Assembly (NCBI GenBank): GCA_965248835.1
Contig: CBDFLJ010000002.1
Span: 384,001-448,000, forward strand
Direction: 5' to 3'
From: Alphaproteobacteria bacterium
Lineage (GTDB): Bacteria; Pseudomonadota; Alphaproteobacteria; MPNO01
DNA length: 64,000 nt
The position numbers and the translations under genes were made by a program. The notes beneath the pieces are model-generated. The model made no database searches and had not been told where the DNA came from. It saw only the letters and a list, made by a program, of their open reading frames with translations. Positions 46,628 through 56,261 of the stretch are shown here, in pieces (within the stretch, counting starts at the first letter, position 1; each line of letters begins with the position of its first letter).

Positions 46628-48406
46628 GTGAGCACACTCGATCTCGCCGTCATCGGCAATTGCAGCTTCAGCGCGCTCATCGACCGCGAAGCGCGTATCG
46701 TGTGGTCTTGCGTGCCGCGCTTCGACGGCGATCCGGTGTTCTGCTCGTTGCTCGACGGGGCCGACGGGATCGGCCATTTCGACATCGTGCTGGAGGATTT
46801 CGCGCGCTCGGAGCAGCACTATTTGCACAACACCGCGCTGCTGACGACGACGCTGTACGACACCCACGGCTCGGCGGTGGAGATCACCGACTTCGCGCCC
46901 CGGTTCAAGCAGTTCGGCCGGGTCTACCGGCCGGTGATGATCGTCCGCCAGCTCCGCCCGGTGATCGGCAACCCGCGGATCCGCATCCGCGTGCGGCCGG
47001 CCGCCGATTACGGCAGCCGGCGCCCCGAGGTGACCCACGGCAGCAACCACATCCGCTACATCCTGCCCGCGGCGACGCTGCGGCTGACCACCAATGTGCC
47101 GATTTCCTTCCTCTTGGAGGAGGTGCCTTTCGTGCTGGAGGAAAGCTGCACCTTGCTGCTCGGGCCGGACGAGACTCTGGACCGGCCGATCGCCGAGGCC
47201 GGCCGGACTTTCCGCGAGGAGACCGCGGCCTATTGGCGCGAATGGACCCGGTTCCTGTCTCTGCCCTTCGAATGGCAGGCCGAGGTCATCCGGGCGGCCA
47301 TCACGCTGAAGCTGTGCAGCTTCGAGGAGACCGGCGCGATCATCGCCGCGATGACCACCTCGATCCCCGAGGCGCCGGACAGCGGTCGCAACTGGGACTA
47401 CCGCTATTGCTGGCTGCGCGATGCCTATTTCGTCGTCCATGCGCTGAACCGCTTGGGCGCGACCCGGACGATGGAAGAGTTCCTCCGCTACATCAACAAC
47501 GTGGCCGCCTCGGCCGACAACGGACACCTGCAGCCGGTCTACAGCATCACCCTGGGCGCCAGGCTGATCGAGCGAAACCAGACGGTGTTGGTCGGCTATC
47601 GCGGCATGGGACCGGTCCGGGTCGGCAACCAGGCCTATGAGCATCTGCAGAACGACGTCTACGGCAGCGTGATCCTCGCCGCCGCCCAGATATTCTTCGA
47701 CCAGCGCCTCGACCAGCCCGGCAACGTGCGGATCTTCGAGCGCCTCGAGGCGATCGGCGAGCAGGCGGTTCAGGTCCACGACCAACCCGACGCCGGGCTT
47801 TGGGAGTTCCGCTCGATCTCCAAGGTGCACACGTTCTCTGCGGTGATGTGCTGGGCGGCCTGTGACCGGCTGGCGCGCATCGCCGCCAGGCTGGGTCTGG
47901 ATGCGCGCGTCGGGTATTGGCGCAGCCACGCCGACGGGATGCATGCGATGATCTGCCGGAGCGCCTGGAACGCCGAGCTGAACACCTTCGTGGAGAGTTT
48001 CGGCGGCCGCGACGTCGATGCGAGCCTGCTGCTGCTCAACGAACTGGGCTTCGTCGACGGATCCGACCCCCGGTTCATCGGCACGGTCGAAGCGATCGAA
48101 TCGACGCTGCGCGAAGGCGACTACCTGTTCCGCTACCGCACGGAAGACGATTTCGGGCTGCCGAAGACCTCCTTCACGATCTGCACGTTCTGGTACATTG
48201 ATGCGCTTGCGGCGATCGGGCGGCGCGAGGAAGCTCGGCGCTTGTTCGAAAACATCCTGTCCTGCCGCAACCATGTCGGGTTACTATCGGAGGATCTGGA
48301 TCCCAACACCCGGGAACTGTGGGGTAATTTCCCCCAAACCTACTCGATGGTCGGCATGATCTCCTCTGCAATGCGGTTGAGCAAACCCTGGGAGGAGGCG
48401 TTTTGA
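46628..48406 (+). CDS. Glycoside hydrolase family 15 (trehalase-like)
   Basis: IGNC, PRFD, AAMTTSIPE, NWDYRYCWLRDA, GLWEFR, LLSED, WGNFPQTYS. Confidence 0.92.
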   Translation: MSTLDLAVIGNCSFSALIDREARIVWSCVPRFDGDPVFCSLLDGADGIGHFDIVLEDFARSEQHYLHNTALLTTTLYDTHGSAVEITDFAPRFKQFGRVYRPVMIVRQLRPVIGNPRIRIRVRPAADYGSRRPEVTHGSNHIRYILPAATLRLTTNVPISFLLEEVPFVLEESCTLLLGPDETLDRPIAEAGRTFREETAAYWREWTRFLSLPFEWQAEVIRAAITLKLCSFEETGAIIAAMTTSIPEAPDSGRNWDYRYCWLRDAYFVVHALNRLGATRTMEEFLRYINNVAASADNGHLQPVYSITLGARLIERNQTVLVGYRGMGPVRVGNQAYEHLQNDVYGSVILAAAQIFFDQRLDQPGNVRIFERLEAIGEQAVQVHDQPDAGLWEFRSISKVHTFSAVMCWAACDRLARIAARLGLDARVGYWRSHADGMHAMICRSAWNAELNTFVESFGGRDVDASLLLLNELGFVDGSDPRFIGTVEAIESTLREGDYLFRYRTEDDFGLPKTSFTICTFWYIDALAAIGRREEARRLFENILSCRNHVGLLSEDLDPNTRELWGNFPQTYSMVGMISSAMRLSKPWEEAF

Positions 48407-49800
48407 GCCGCCTGGTCGTCGTTTCCAACCGCGTCGCCCCGATCGTCGAGGGCAAGGCCGCCGCGGGGGGGCTGGCGGTCGCCGTCCTGGCCGCGCTCAA
48501 GGAAGACGGCGGGATCTGGTTCGGCTGGGACGGCCAAGTGGTCAACACCGCTCCGCCCAAACCCCACCTGACCCAGATCGACAAGCTGACCTATGCCACC
48601 ATCGGCATGACAAGGCGCGACTACAACGAGTACTACAACGGCTTCGCCAACGCGACTTTGTGGCCGCTGTTCCACTACCGCCTCGATCTGGCCAAGTTCT
48701 CGCGGCGCAACTTCGACGGCTATCTGCGGGTCAACGCGAACTTCGCCAAGGCGCTCTACCCGCTGCTCAGGATCGATGACATCGTCTGGGTCCATGACTA
48801 TCACCTGATCCCGATGGGCCAGGAGCTGCGGCGCCTGGGCTGCCGCCAACCGCTCGGCTTTTTCCTGCACACGCCGCTGCCGGCGTTGGAGATCCTGCTG
48901 GCGCTGCCGCGGCATGAAAAGCTCATCCGCGCGCTTTGCGCCTACGACCTGATCGGCTTCCAGACGATGAACGACCTGGCGGCGTTCCATGACTACATCG
49001 TGCTCGAGGCCGAAGGCGAGGTGCTGGATAACGGCCTGGTCCGCGCCTTCGGGCGCACGCTGCGCACCGAGGTCTTCCCCATCGGCATCGATACCGCGGA
49101 GATCGAGGCGCTCGCCCGGGAGGCCGACCACAACGAGGAGCGGGGCCGTCTGATGACCACGCTCCAGGGCCGCTCGATGATCATCGGCGTGGACCGGCTC
49201 GATTACAGCAAGGGACTCGTCGAGCGCTTCCGTGCCTTCGAGCGCATGCTGGAGGTCTACCCCAAGGAGTGCGGCGCGGTCACGCTGATGCAGGTCGCTC
49301 CGCCGTCGCGGTCCGATGTCGGCGGCTACGACGAGATCCGTCAGGAGCTGGAGACCACTTCGGGCAACATCAACGGCCGGTTCGCCGATTTCGACTGGGT
49401 GCCGATTCGCTACCTCAACAAGAGCTTCGAGAGATCCCAGCTCGCTTGCTTCTACCGCGAAAGCCGGATCGGCATGGTCACGCCGCTGCGCGACGGGATG
49501 AACCTGGTCGCCAAGGAATATGTCGCCGCGCAGCGGGCCGACGATCCCGGTGTCCTGGTGCTGTCGCGGTTCGCCGGCGCATCCCATGAGCTCGACAGCG
49601 CGCTGATCGTCAACCCCTATGACGTCGACGAGGTGGCGAACGCCCTGTATCAGGCGCTCAAGATGCCGCTCGAAGAGCGCCAGAGGCGGCATATGACGAT
49701 GCTGAGCCGGCTGCGCCGGAACGACGTCCATCACTGGCGCAGGGAATTCCTTGCCGCGTTCGCTAACGCCCCGCGCGAGCAACCCGCGCAAGCCTCCTGA
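48403..49800 (+). CDS. otsA: Trehalose-6-phosphate synthase
   Basis: VVVSNRV, GGLA, YYNGFAN.TLWPLFH, WVHDYHL, GVDRLDYSKG, RDGMNLVAKEY. Confidence 0.95.
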   Translation: MSRLVVVSNRVAPIVEGKAAAGGLAVAVLAALKEDGGIWFGWDGQVVNTAPPKPHLTQIDKLTYATIGMTRRDYNEYYNGFANATLWPLFHYRLDLAKFSRRNFDGYLRVNANFAKALYPLLRIDDIVWVHDYHLIPMGQELRRLGCRQPLGFFLHTPLPALEILLALPRHEKLIRALCAYDLIGFQTMNDLAAFHDYIVLEAEGEVLDNGLVRAFGRTLRTEVFPIGIDTAEIEALAREADHNEERGRLMTTLQGRSMIIGVDRLDYSKGLVERFRAFERMLEVYPKECGAVTLMQVAPPSRSDVGGYDEIRQELETTSGNINGRFADFDWVPIRYLNKSFERSQLACFYRESRIGMVTPLRDGMNLVAKEYVAAQRADDPGVLVLSRFAGASHELDSALIVNPYDVDEVANALYQALKMPLEERQRRHMTMLSRLRRNDVHHWRREFLAAFANAPREQPAQAS

Positions 49801-49808
49801 TACGGCGC

Positions 49809-50777
49809 ATGCGGGCGTCCAAGCCGGTCCCCGGCCTTATCGGCGATGTCGGCGGTACCAACGCCCGCTTCGCCCTTGTCGAAGGCGCGGGCGAGCCCGA
49901 CCGAGCGCTGGTGCTGTCCTGCGCGGCGTTCCCGAGTCTCGAGGCGGCGATCACCGCCTATCTCGAGCGCACCGCGCCGCCGGCCGCCCCGAAGGACGCC
50001 GTGATCGCCATCGCTTCGCCGGTCGACGGCGACCGGGTCCGCATGACCAATCACCCCTGGACGTTCTCGATCGCCGAGACCCGCGCCAGGCTGGGGCTGG
50101 AGACCCTCAGGGTTGTCAACGATTTTACCGCGCTGGCGCTCGGCGTGCCTCGCCTGGCTGCGGGCGACAAGCGGGCGATCGGCGGCGGGCGGCCGCAGCC
50201 CGGCGCGCCGATCGCCGTCCTGGGCCCGGGCACGGGGCTCGGTGTGTCGGGCCTGGTGCCCACCGACGGCGGCGGCTGGATGCCGCTTGCCACTGAGGGC
50301 GGCCACGCCACGCTGGCGGCGGTGAACGCGCGCGAGTACGCGGTCGTCGCCGCGCTCGCCCGACGCTACGGCCATGTCTCGATCGAGCGCGCGGTCTCCG
50401 GCGCCGGGCTCGTCAACCTCGCCCGCGCGATCGCCGAGATCGATGGCAAGCCGGCGCCGTCCGGGGATCCGGCGGCGATCACCGCGGCGGCGCGCCCCGA
50501 TCCGGTCGCCACCGAGGCGCTGGAAATGTTCGCGGCCATGCTGGGGACCGCGGCCTCCAACCTTGCCCTCAGCCTCGGGGCGCGCGGTGGAGTCTATATC
50601 GGCGGCGGCATCGTGCCGCGCCTGGGACCGGCGTTTCCGGGCCGGACGTTCCGCGCCCGGTTCGAGGACAAGGGCCGGTTCCGCGACTACCTGGCTGCGA
50701 TTCCCACCTACGTCATCACGCGGCCGGAGCCGGCGCTGCTCGGCCTGGCCACGCTGGCCGCTATGCCTGGAAGGTGA
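49809..50777 (+). CDS. glk: Glucokinase
   Basis: GDVGGTNARFA, MTN, NDF, GPGTGLG, EGGH, GGIVPR, FEDKGRF. Confidence 0.95.
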   Translation: MRASKPVPGLIGDVGGTNARFALVEGAGEPDRALVLSCAAFPSLEAAITAYLERTAPPAAPKDAVIAIASPVDGDRVRMTNHPWTFSIAETRARLGLETLRVVNDFTALALGVPRLAAGDKRAIGGGRPQPGAPIAVLGPGTGLGVSGLVPTDGGGWMPLATEGGHATLAAVNAREYAVVAALARRYGHVSIERAVSGAGLVNLARAIAEIDGKPAPSGDPAAITAAARPDPVATEALEMFAAMLGTAASNLALSLGARGGVYIGGGIVPRLGPAFPGRTFRARFEDKGRFRDYLAAIPTYVITRPEPALLGLATLAAMPGR

Positions 50778-51627
50778 CCTCCGCCGATTGGGCGATCTTG
50801 CCGGCCAACGAAACCGCCCAGAGCTTCGCGGTCCCCGGCTCCGGGCCCGGTGCGCCGGCAAGCGTGAAGGATGCGGTGTCGTAGAGCGGCGAAAGCGCCC
50901 GGACCGCGAAGGTCTCGAGCTCGGCCGTCGGCTGCGCGCGGCGGAACAGGTCGAGCAGCAGCGTCGCGATCAGGTTGCCATGAACCAGGAGCCCCGGATA
51001 GCCCTCCATGCCGGTAACATAGTCGCGGTCATAGTGGATCCGGTGGCTGTTCATTGTCAGCGCCGAATAGCGGAACAGCAGCACCGGGTCCGGCCGGATC
51101 TCGCGCCGCCAGACCGCCTCGGCCGGCGGCGTGTCGGCGCGCGGCGGCGCGGTCGTGCTGCCGGCGGGCGCTGCGCCCCGATAGACGGTGTTGTGGTGCT
51201 CCACCGTCGCCAGTCCTTCGGGGCCGAAGATCTCGTGCCGGATGGTGACGAAGCACAGCGGCCCGGCCCGGCCCTCTTTGGCGACCACGTCGGCGATGGT
51301 CGAGACGCGCCGCACCGCCTGTCCGACCCGCAACGGCCGTTCGAAGGACATCTCGACACCGGCCCACATCCGGCGCGGCAGGGGCACCGCCGGCATGAAG
51401 CCGCCCTTGGCCGCATGGCCGTCCGGGCCGGTCTCGGAAAGCTTCACCACCTCCGGGAAATAGTACCAGTGCCAACCGGGCGGGATCGCATCGCCCTTGG
51501 CGAGTGGGGGATCGTCGCGGTCGAACGTCGCGGCGAGGATGTCGGCCGGAGCGGCGGTGATCAGCCCGGTCGCGGTCTGGCTGCGGCCGATCCAGTCCTT
51601 CGCGGAATCGAGCGCCCGATCGGTCAT
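50761..51627 (-). CDS. Double-hotdog hydratase, itaconyl-CoA / mesaconyl-C4-CoA hydratase (HTD2-like) family
   Basis: WIGR, PPGWHWYYF, GPDGH..GGFMP, PRRMWAG, LFRYSALTMNSHRIHYD, GYPGLLVHG. Confidence 0.85.
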   Translation of the reverse strand: MTDRALDSAKDWIGRSQTATGLITAAPADILAATFDRDDPPLAKGDAIPPGWHWYYFPEVVKLSETGPDGHAAKGGFMPAVPLPRRMWAGVEMSFERPLRVGQAVRRVSTIADVVAKEGRAGPLCFVTIRHEIFGPEGLATVEHHNTVYRGAAPAGSTTAPPRADTPPAEAVWRREIRPDPVLLFRYSALTMNSHRIHYDRDYVTGMEGYPGLLVHGNLIATLLLDLFRRAQPTAELETFAVRALSPLYDTASFTLAGAPGPEPGTAKLWAVSLAGKIAQSAEVTFQA

Positions 51628-52745
51628 GCGGCAAACTCCTTGCGAAGCGCGGCGGAATGCTGGCCGACCTCGGGCACCGGGCCGAGCGTGCGCGGCCTGC
51701 GCTCCACCCGTGCCGGCGGGGCGACGAGGTCTGCCTCGCCGCCGGGGATGGCGACCCTGGTGCGCCGCAGCGCCGGGTGGCGGGCGAGCCCGGCGACATC
51801 GTTGACCTCGCCGAAAGCGATCTGCGCCCGCCGGAGCCGTTCGATCAGCGCCGCCCGGTCGATCGCGCAGAACACCTCCGACAGGATTGCATCGAAAGGC
51901 GCGCGGTTGTCGAGCCGGGCGAGGTTGCTCTCGAACCGCGGGTCCAGCGGCAGGTCCGGTCGTTCCAGCACCTCGGCGCACAGCCTGACGAATTCGCGCT
52001 CGTTCTGGACGGCGATCAGGATCGGCGCGCCATCCTTGGTCGGATAGGCGCCGTAGGGATGGATCGAGGGATGGTTCATGCCGATCCTCGGCGGGCCCTT
52101 GCCGTCGGCTTCCCAATGGAACAGCGGGACGGTCATCCAGTCGGCCATGCCGGCGAACAGAGAGGTGTCGATTCCGCACCCCTTGCCGGAGATGCCGCGC
52201 GCGATCAGCGCCTCGAGGACGGCCATGTAGCCGTACATGCCGCAGCCGATGTCGCAGACCGACACGCCCACGCGCCCCGGCGCCGCGGCCGCGCCGGTGA
52301 CCGAGCACAGCCCGCTCTCCGCCTGGACCAGCAGGTCGTAGGCTTTCATGTCGGCGTAATCGCCGTCCTCGCCATAGCCGCTGATGTCGAGCGTGATCAG
52401 ACGGGTGTTGCGCCGCCGCAGTTCGGCCGAGCCGAAGCCCGCGCGCGCGGCCGCGCCCGGTGCGAGGTTCTGGATGAACACGTCCGCGCGGTCGATCATC
52501 CGGTGCAGCAGCGCCTGGTCGCCGGCGTCCTTGATGTCTGCTGTCAGCGACTCCTTACCCCGGTTGAGCCATACGAAATAGGCGCTCTGCCCGCCCACGA
52601 ACCGGTCGTAGTGGCGGGCGAAGTCGCCGCCCTCGCGCTCGATTTTGATCACCCGCGCCCCGGCATCGGCCAGACGCGAGGAGCAATAGGGTGCGGCAAC
52701 CGCCTGCTCCATCGTCACGACCAGGAGCCCGTCCAGCGGCGCCAT
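51624..52745 (-). CDS. CaiB/BaiF CoA-transferase (itaconate CoA-transferase-like)
   Basis: EQAVAAP, LADAGARVIKIER, GDFARHYD, FVWLNRGKES, QNLAPGA, KAYDLLVQAE, VQNEREF. Confidence 0.88.
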   Translation of the reverse strand: MAPLDGLLVVTMEQAVAAPYCSSRLADAGARVIKIEREGGDFARHYDRFVGGQSAYFVWLNRGKESLTADIKDAGDQALLHRMIDRADVFIQNLAPGAAARAGFGSAELRRRNTRLITLDISGYGEDGDYADMKAYDLLVQAESGLCSVTGAAAAPGRVGVSVCDIGCGMYGYMAVLEALIARGISGKGCGIDTSLFAGMADWMTVPLFHWEADGKGPPRIGMNHPSIHPYGAYPTKDGAPILIAVQNEREFVRLCAEVLERPDLPLDPRFESNLARLDNRAPFDAILSEVFCAIDRAALIERLRRAQIAFGEVNDVAGLARHPALRRTRVAIPGGEADLVAPPARVERRPRTLGPVPEVGQHSAALRKEFAA

Positions 52746-52759
52746 CGCCGGCACGGTGG

Positions 52760-53911
52760 TCAATACGACCTCGGCAGGCCGAGGACGTGCTCGGCGAGGA
52801 AGCTGAGGACAAAGTTGTTGGAGATCGGCGCGATCCGGTAGAGCCGAGTCTCGCGGAACTTGCGCTCGACATCGTATTCCTCGGCGAAGGCATAGCCGCC
52901 GTGGGTCTGCATGCACATGTCGGCCGCCTTCCACGACGCCTCCGACGCCAGGTACTTGGCCAGGTTGGCCTGCTCGCCGCAGGGCTCGCCGGCCTCGAAC
53001 AGCGCGGCCGCCTTCTTGACCATCAGGTCCGCCGCCTCGGTGGCGGCATAGGCCTCGGCGATGGGAAACTGGACGCCCTGGTTCTGGCCGATCTGGCGGC
53101 CGAAGACCTGGCGCTCCCGGGCGTAATCGGCGGCCTTCCGGATGAACCAGCGGGCATCGCCCACGCATTCGGCGGCGATCAGGATGCGCTCGGCGTTCAT
53201 GCCGTCGAGAATGTAGCGGAAGCCCTTGCCCTCCTCGCCGACCAGGCTGTCGGCCGGGATGCGCAGGTTGTCGAAAAAGATCTCGGTGGTCGCATGGTTG
53301 ATCATTGTGCGGATCGGCCGGATCTCCAGCCCATTGCCCAGTGCCGCGCGCATGTCCAGGATGAAGACCGAAAGCCCTTCGGTGCGTTTCTCGATCTGTT
53401 CGCGGGGGGTCGTGCGGGCGAGCAGCAGCATCAGGTCGGAATGCTCGGCGCGCGAGGTCCAGACCTTCTGGCCGTTGACGACATAGCCTGCATTGCCGTC
53501 GCGCACCGCAGTGGTCCTGAGGCTCAGCGTATCCGTCCCGCTGCTCGGCTCGGTCACTGCGAAGGCCTGCAAGCGCAGCTCGCCGGCCGCGATCCCGGGC
53601 AGATAGCGCTTCTTCTGGTCCTCGGTGCCGTGCCGCAGCACCGTGCCCATGGTATACATCTGGGCATGGCAGGGTCCGCCGTTGCCGCCGGACTTCTGAA
53701 CCTCCTCCAGGATCGCCGCGGCCGCGGAGATGCCGAGCCCGCTGCCGCCGAATTCCTCTGGAATCAGCACCGACAGGTAGCCGCCATCGGTCAGCTCCTT
53801 GACGAATTCCGTCGGGTAGGCGCGCTCCCGGTCGAGCGCGCGCCAATATTCTCCCGGGTATTTGGCGCACAGTTTCGCGACTGCCTCGCGGATGTCCTGA
53901 AACTCTTCCAT
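52760..53911 (-). CDS. Acyl-CoA dehydrogenase
   Basis: YPGEYWR, CHAQMYTMGT, RLQAFAVTEP, GQKVWTSRAEHSD, NAERILIAAECVGD, VERKFRETRLY. Confidence 0.92.
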   Translation of the reverse strand: MEEFQDIREAVAKLCAKYPGEYWRALDRERAYPTEFVKELTDGGYLSVLIPEEFGGSGLGISAAAAILEEVQKSGGNGGPCHAQMYTMGTVLRHGTEDQKKRYLPGIAAGELRLQAFAVTEPSSGTDTLSLRTTAVRDGNAGYVVNGQKVWTSRAEHSDLMLLLARTTPREQIEKRTEGLSVFILDMRAALGNGLEIRPIRTMINHATTEIFFDNLRIPADSLVGEEGKGFRYILDGMNAERILIAAECVGDARWFIRKAADYARERQVFGRQIGQNQGVQFPIAEAYAATEAADLMVKKAAALFEAGEPCGEQANLAKYLASEASWKAADMCMQTHGGYAFAEEYDVERKFRETRLYRIAPISNNFVLSFLAEHVLGLPRSY

Positions 53912-54150
53912 CACTCGATCTGTAGATTGCGGCAACGGGTCCGTTTTTACGCGCTCAGCCCGGCGTTGCAAAGGAACCGGCCGCTTGACCTGGCGGATGT
54001 TCGCCGCCCGCGCGGCCGTATTTCTTGTACAAGCCGGCTCCAGCCGACCAATTCCATTAGACATCTACGCATTTTAACGGGGATAATTCGCCGGTCCGGC
54101 GAAATGGACCGCCCGATCGGGAACCATGGCCCATCGGCAGGGAGAGCAAT

Positions 54151-54936
54151 GTGTCCGACAGCTTCAACGCAGCAACCCACCTCAGCGTCAAGGACCGGGT
54201 GATCATCGTCACCGGCGGCGGCAAGGGGATCGGCGGCGTCTATTGCCGGCGTCTGGCCGAGGCCGGCGCGAAGGTCGTCGTCGCCGATATCGACGGCGAG
54301 GCCAACGACGACACCGTCGCCGCCATCCGGGCCGATGGCGGGGAGGCAGTGGCGGCGAACACCGACGTCAGCGACGCCGACGCGGCCGCCAGGATGGCCG
54401 CGGTCGCGGTCGAGACCTTCGGCCGAATCGACGGTCTGGTCAACAACGCCTCGCTGATGAGCGTGCTGCCGCGCGGGAGCTGGCTCGACATCGATGTCGA
54501 ACGCTGGGACCGGGTGATGGAGGTCAATTTGCGCGGCATCTTCGTGTGCTGCAAGGCGGTCTTCCCGCAGATGCAGGGCCAGGGCGGCGGCAAGATCGTC
54601 AACATCGCCTCCGGCCGGTTCTGGATGGGCGGGCCCAACCGGCTCGACTATTCGACCTCGAAGGCCGGCGTCATCGGGCTCACGCGCTCGCTGGCATCCG
54701 AGGTCGGCCAGCACAATATCTGTGTCAACGCCATCACCCCGGGCTTCACGCTGAGCGACACGCAAGTGGCGTCCTCGGGCAACTACGCCCAGACCAACGA
54801 GCCGCCCAAGCGTCTGATTGCGCGCCACCAGTACCCCGACGATCTGGTCGGTGCGGTGATGTTCCTGCTGTCCGACGGCAGCAACTTCATCACCGGTCAG
54901 ACGCTCAACGTCGATGGCGGGCAGGCCTTCCACTAG
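54151..54936 (+). CDS. Short-chain dehydrogenase/reductase
   Basis: TGGGKGIG, NNAS, YSTSK, TGQTLNVDGG. Confidence 0.9.
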   Translation: MSDSFNAATHLSVKDRVIIVTGGGKGIGGVYCRRLAEAGAKVVVADIDGEANDDTVAAIRADGGEAVAANTDVSDADAAARMAAVAVETFGRIDGLVNNASLMSVLPRGSWLDIDVERWDRVMEVNLRGIFVCCKAVFPQMQGQGGGKIVNIASGRFWMGGPNRLDYSTSKAGVIGLTRSLASEVGQHNICVNAITPGFTLSDTQVASSGNYAQTNEPPKRLIARHQYPDDLVGAVMFLLSDGSNFITGQTLNVDGGQAFH

Positions 54937-54937
54937 G

Positions 54938-56161
54938 ATGGACATTTCCTCTGGAGGCGACCGTCCGGCGCTGACCGCGCAGACATTCGAGACCGGGCAT
55001 CATCTGGCGAATGCCCGCCGCCAGGCCGAGGCGGCCGGTCTCGACGACGTGCTGGTGATCGATGCCGATGCCCATATCTACGAGAAGGAATCGATCACCG
55101 AGATCATCGCGCTGATCGAGGACCCGATCATCCGCCAGCTCGCCAGGAGCGCCCAGGGCGCGGCACGCCAGGCTGCCCGCTTCCCGCTCGACCGCGTCGC
55201 CTATCACGAGGCCGGCGGACGGATCACCCGCGACCTGCTGCGTTCATTGGAGGCAACGCCGGCGGACGGCGTCCACCGCGCGGCTCATCTGGCGTTGCGC
55301 GCGATGGATGCGATGGGCATCGACATCGCTGCGCTGTCGCCATTCGGCCTTCAGGTCATGGGCCTGCACCCGCAGCCCGAGGTCGAGGCCGCGGTGCTCG
55401 GCGCCTATGACCGCTGGCTGACCGAGGAGGTGCTGCCGTGCTCGCCGAGACTGCTGGGATGGATCGTCCTGCCGTTCAACGCTCCGGAAGCGGCGTTGCG
55501 GCTGGTCGAGACCTATGCCGACAGACCGGGAGTCGCCGGCTTCCAGGTGACATCCCTGCGCCAAAGCTCGGTCCATGCCAATGCCTTCATGCCGGTCTAC
55601 GCCGCCATCGAGCAATCGGGGCTGCCTCTGGCCTTCCACGGCGGGATCGATTGGGAAGACCCGATGTTCCTGACCTTCAACAAGTTCATCGCGGTCCGCG
55701 CGCTGTCACCCCAATGGTACAACGTCGTTCATTGCACCAACTGGCTGGTAAACGGCATGCCCGAGCGGTTCCCCGAGATGCCGGTAATCTGGATGGATTC
55801 GGGCATTTCCTGGGTGCCGTGGCTGATGATGCGCATCGACAACGAATACCGCATGCGCAGCTCGGAATGTCCTGCGCTGAAGCGGCTGCCGAGCGCGTAT
55901 ATGCGAAAGATGTACTACACCTCCAACCCGGTCGAGGTGCCCGACCGCGCTGACCTGCTGGCCGCCGCCTACCGCGCGATCGATGCGCCCAACAGCCTGA
56001 TCTATGCGTCCAACTACCCGGCGGCGGACATGGATCTGCCGGGTGCGATCGAAGGCCTGGATTTCCTCGAGCCGGCGGCGCGGCGAAAGATCCTGGGCGG
56101 GACTGCGCGTGGGCTCTTCCGGCTGCCCGAGGCGGTAGCCGCACGCGCGGCCGCGCCATAA
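54938..56161 (+). CDS. Amidohydrolase_2 family protein with a degenerate active site
   Basis: IDADAH, LAFH, PERFP, WMDSG, YASNYP (SDYPH expected), KILG. Confidence 0.8.
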   Translation: MDISSGGDRPALTAQTFETGHHLANARRQAEAAGLDDVLVIDADAHIYEKESITEIIALIEDPIIRQLARSAQGAARQAARFPLDRVAYHEAGGRITRDLLRSLEATPADGVHRAAHLALRAMDAMGIDIAALSPFGLQVMGLHPQPEVEAAVLGAYDRWLTEEVLPCSPRLLGWIVLPFNAPEAALRLVETYADRPGVAGFQVTSLRQSSVHANAFMPVYAAIEQSGLPLAFHGGIDWEDPMFLTFNKFIAVRALSPQWYNVVHCTNWLVNGMPERFPEMPVIWMDSGISWVPWLMMRIDNEYRMRSSECPALKRLPSAYMRKMYYTSNPVEVPDRADLLAAAYRAIDAPNSLIYASNYPAADMDLPGAIEGLDFLEPAARRKILGGTARGLFRLPEAVAARAAAP

Positions 56162-56194
56162 CCAGGGTTTATGACGGCCGGGAAAACCAAATCT

Positions 56195-56223
56195 TTGTGT
56201 TCCGGTTCGGCCGGCCCTATAAC
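56195..56223 (+). promoter_or_regulatory. Candidate sigma70 promoter for the ubiD-like gene
   Basis: TTGTGT-N17-TATAAC upstream of an AAGGAG RBS. Confidence 0.45.
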
Positions 56224-56261
56224 GCCCGCCGAACGACGGTCCTCGAAAGGAGCTGACGGCG

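Noticed and set aside
17463-50777. Convergent 3' overlaps (acyP/lipB, nucleoside hydrolase/reductase, glk/hydratase) as antisense regulation
   Set aside because: Overlaps of 11-23 nt are common in compact GC-rich genomes
51624-53870. 748-aa fusion of acyl-CoA dehydrogenase and CoA-transferase
   Set aside because: The N-terminal half is an out-of-frame overlap of the dehydrogenase gene; the transferase starts at 52745
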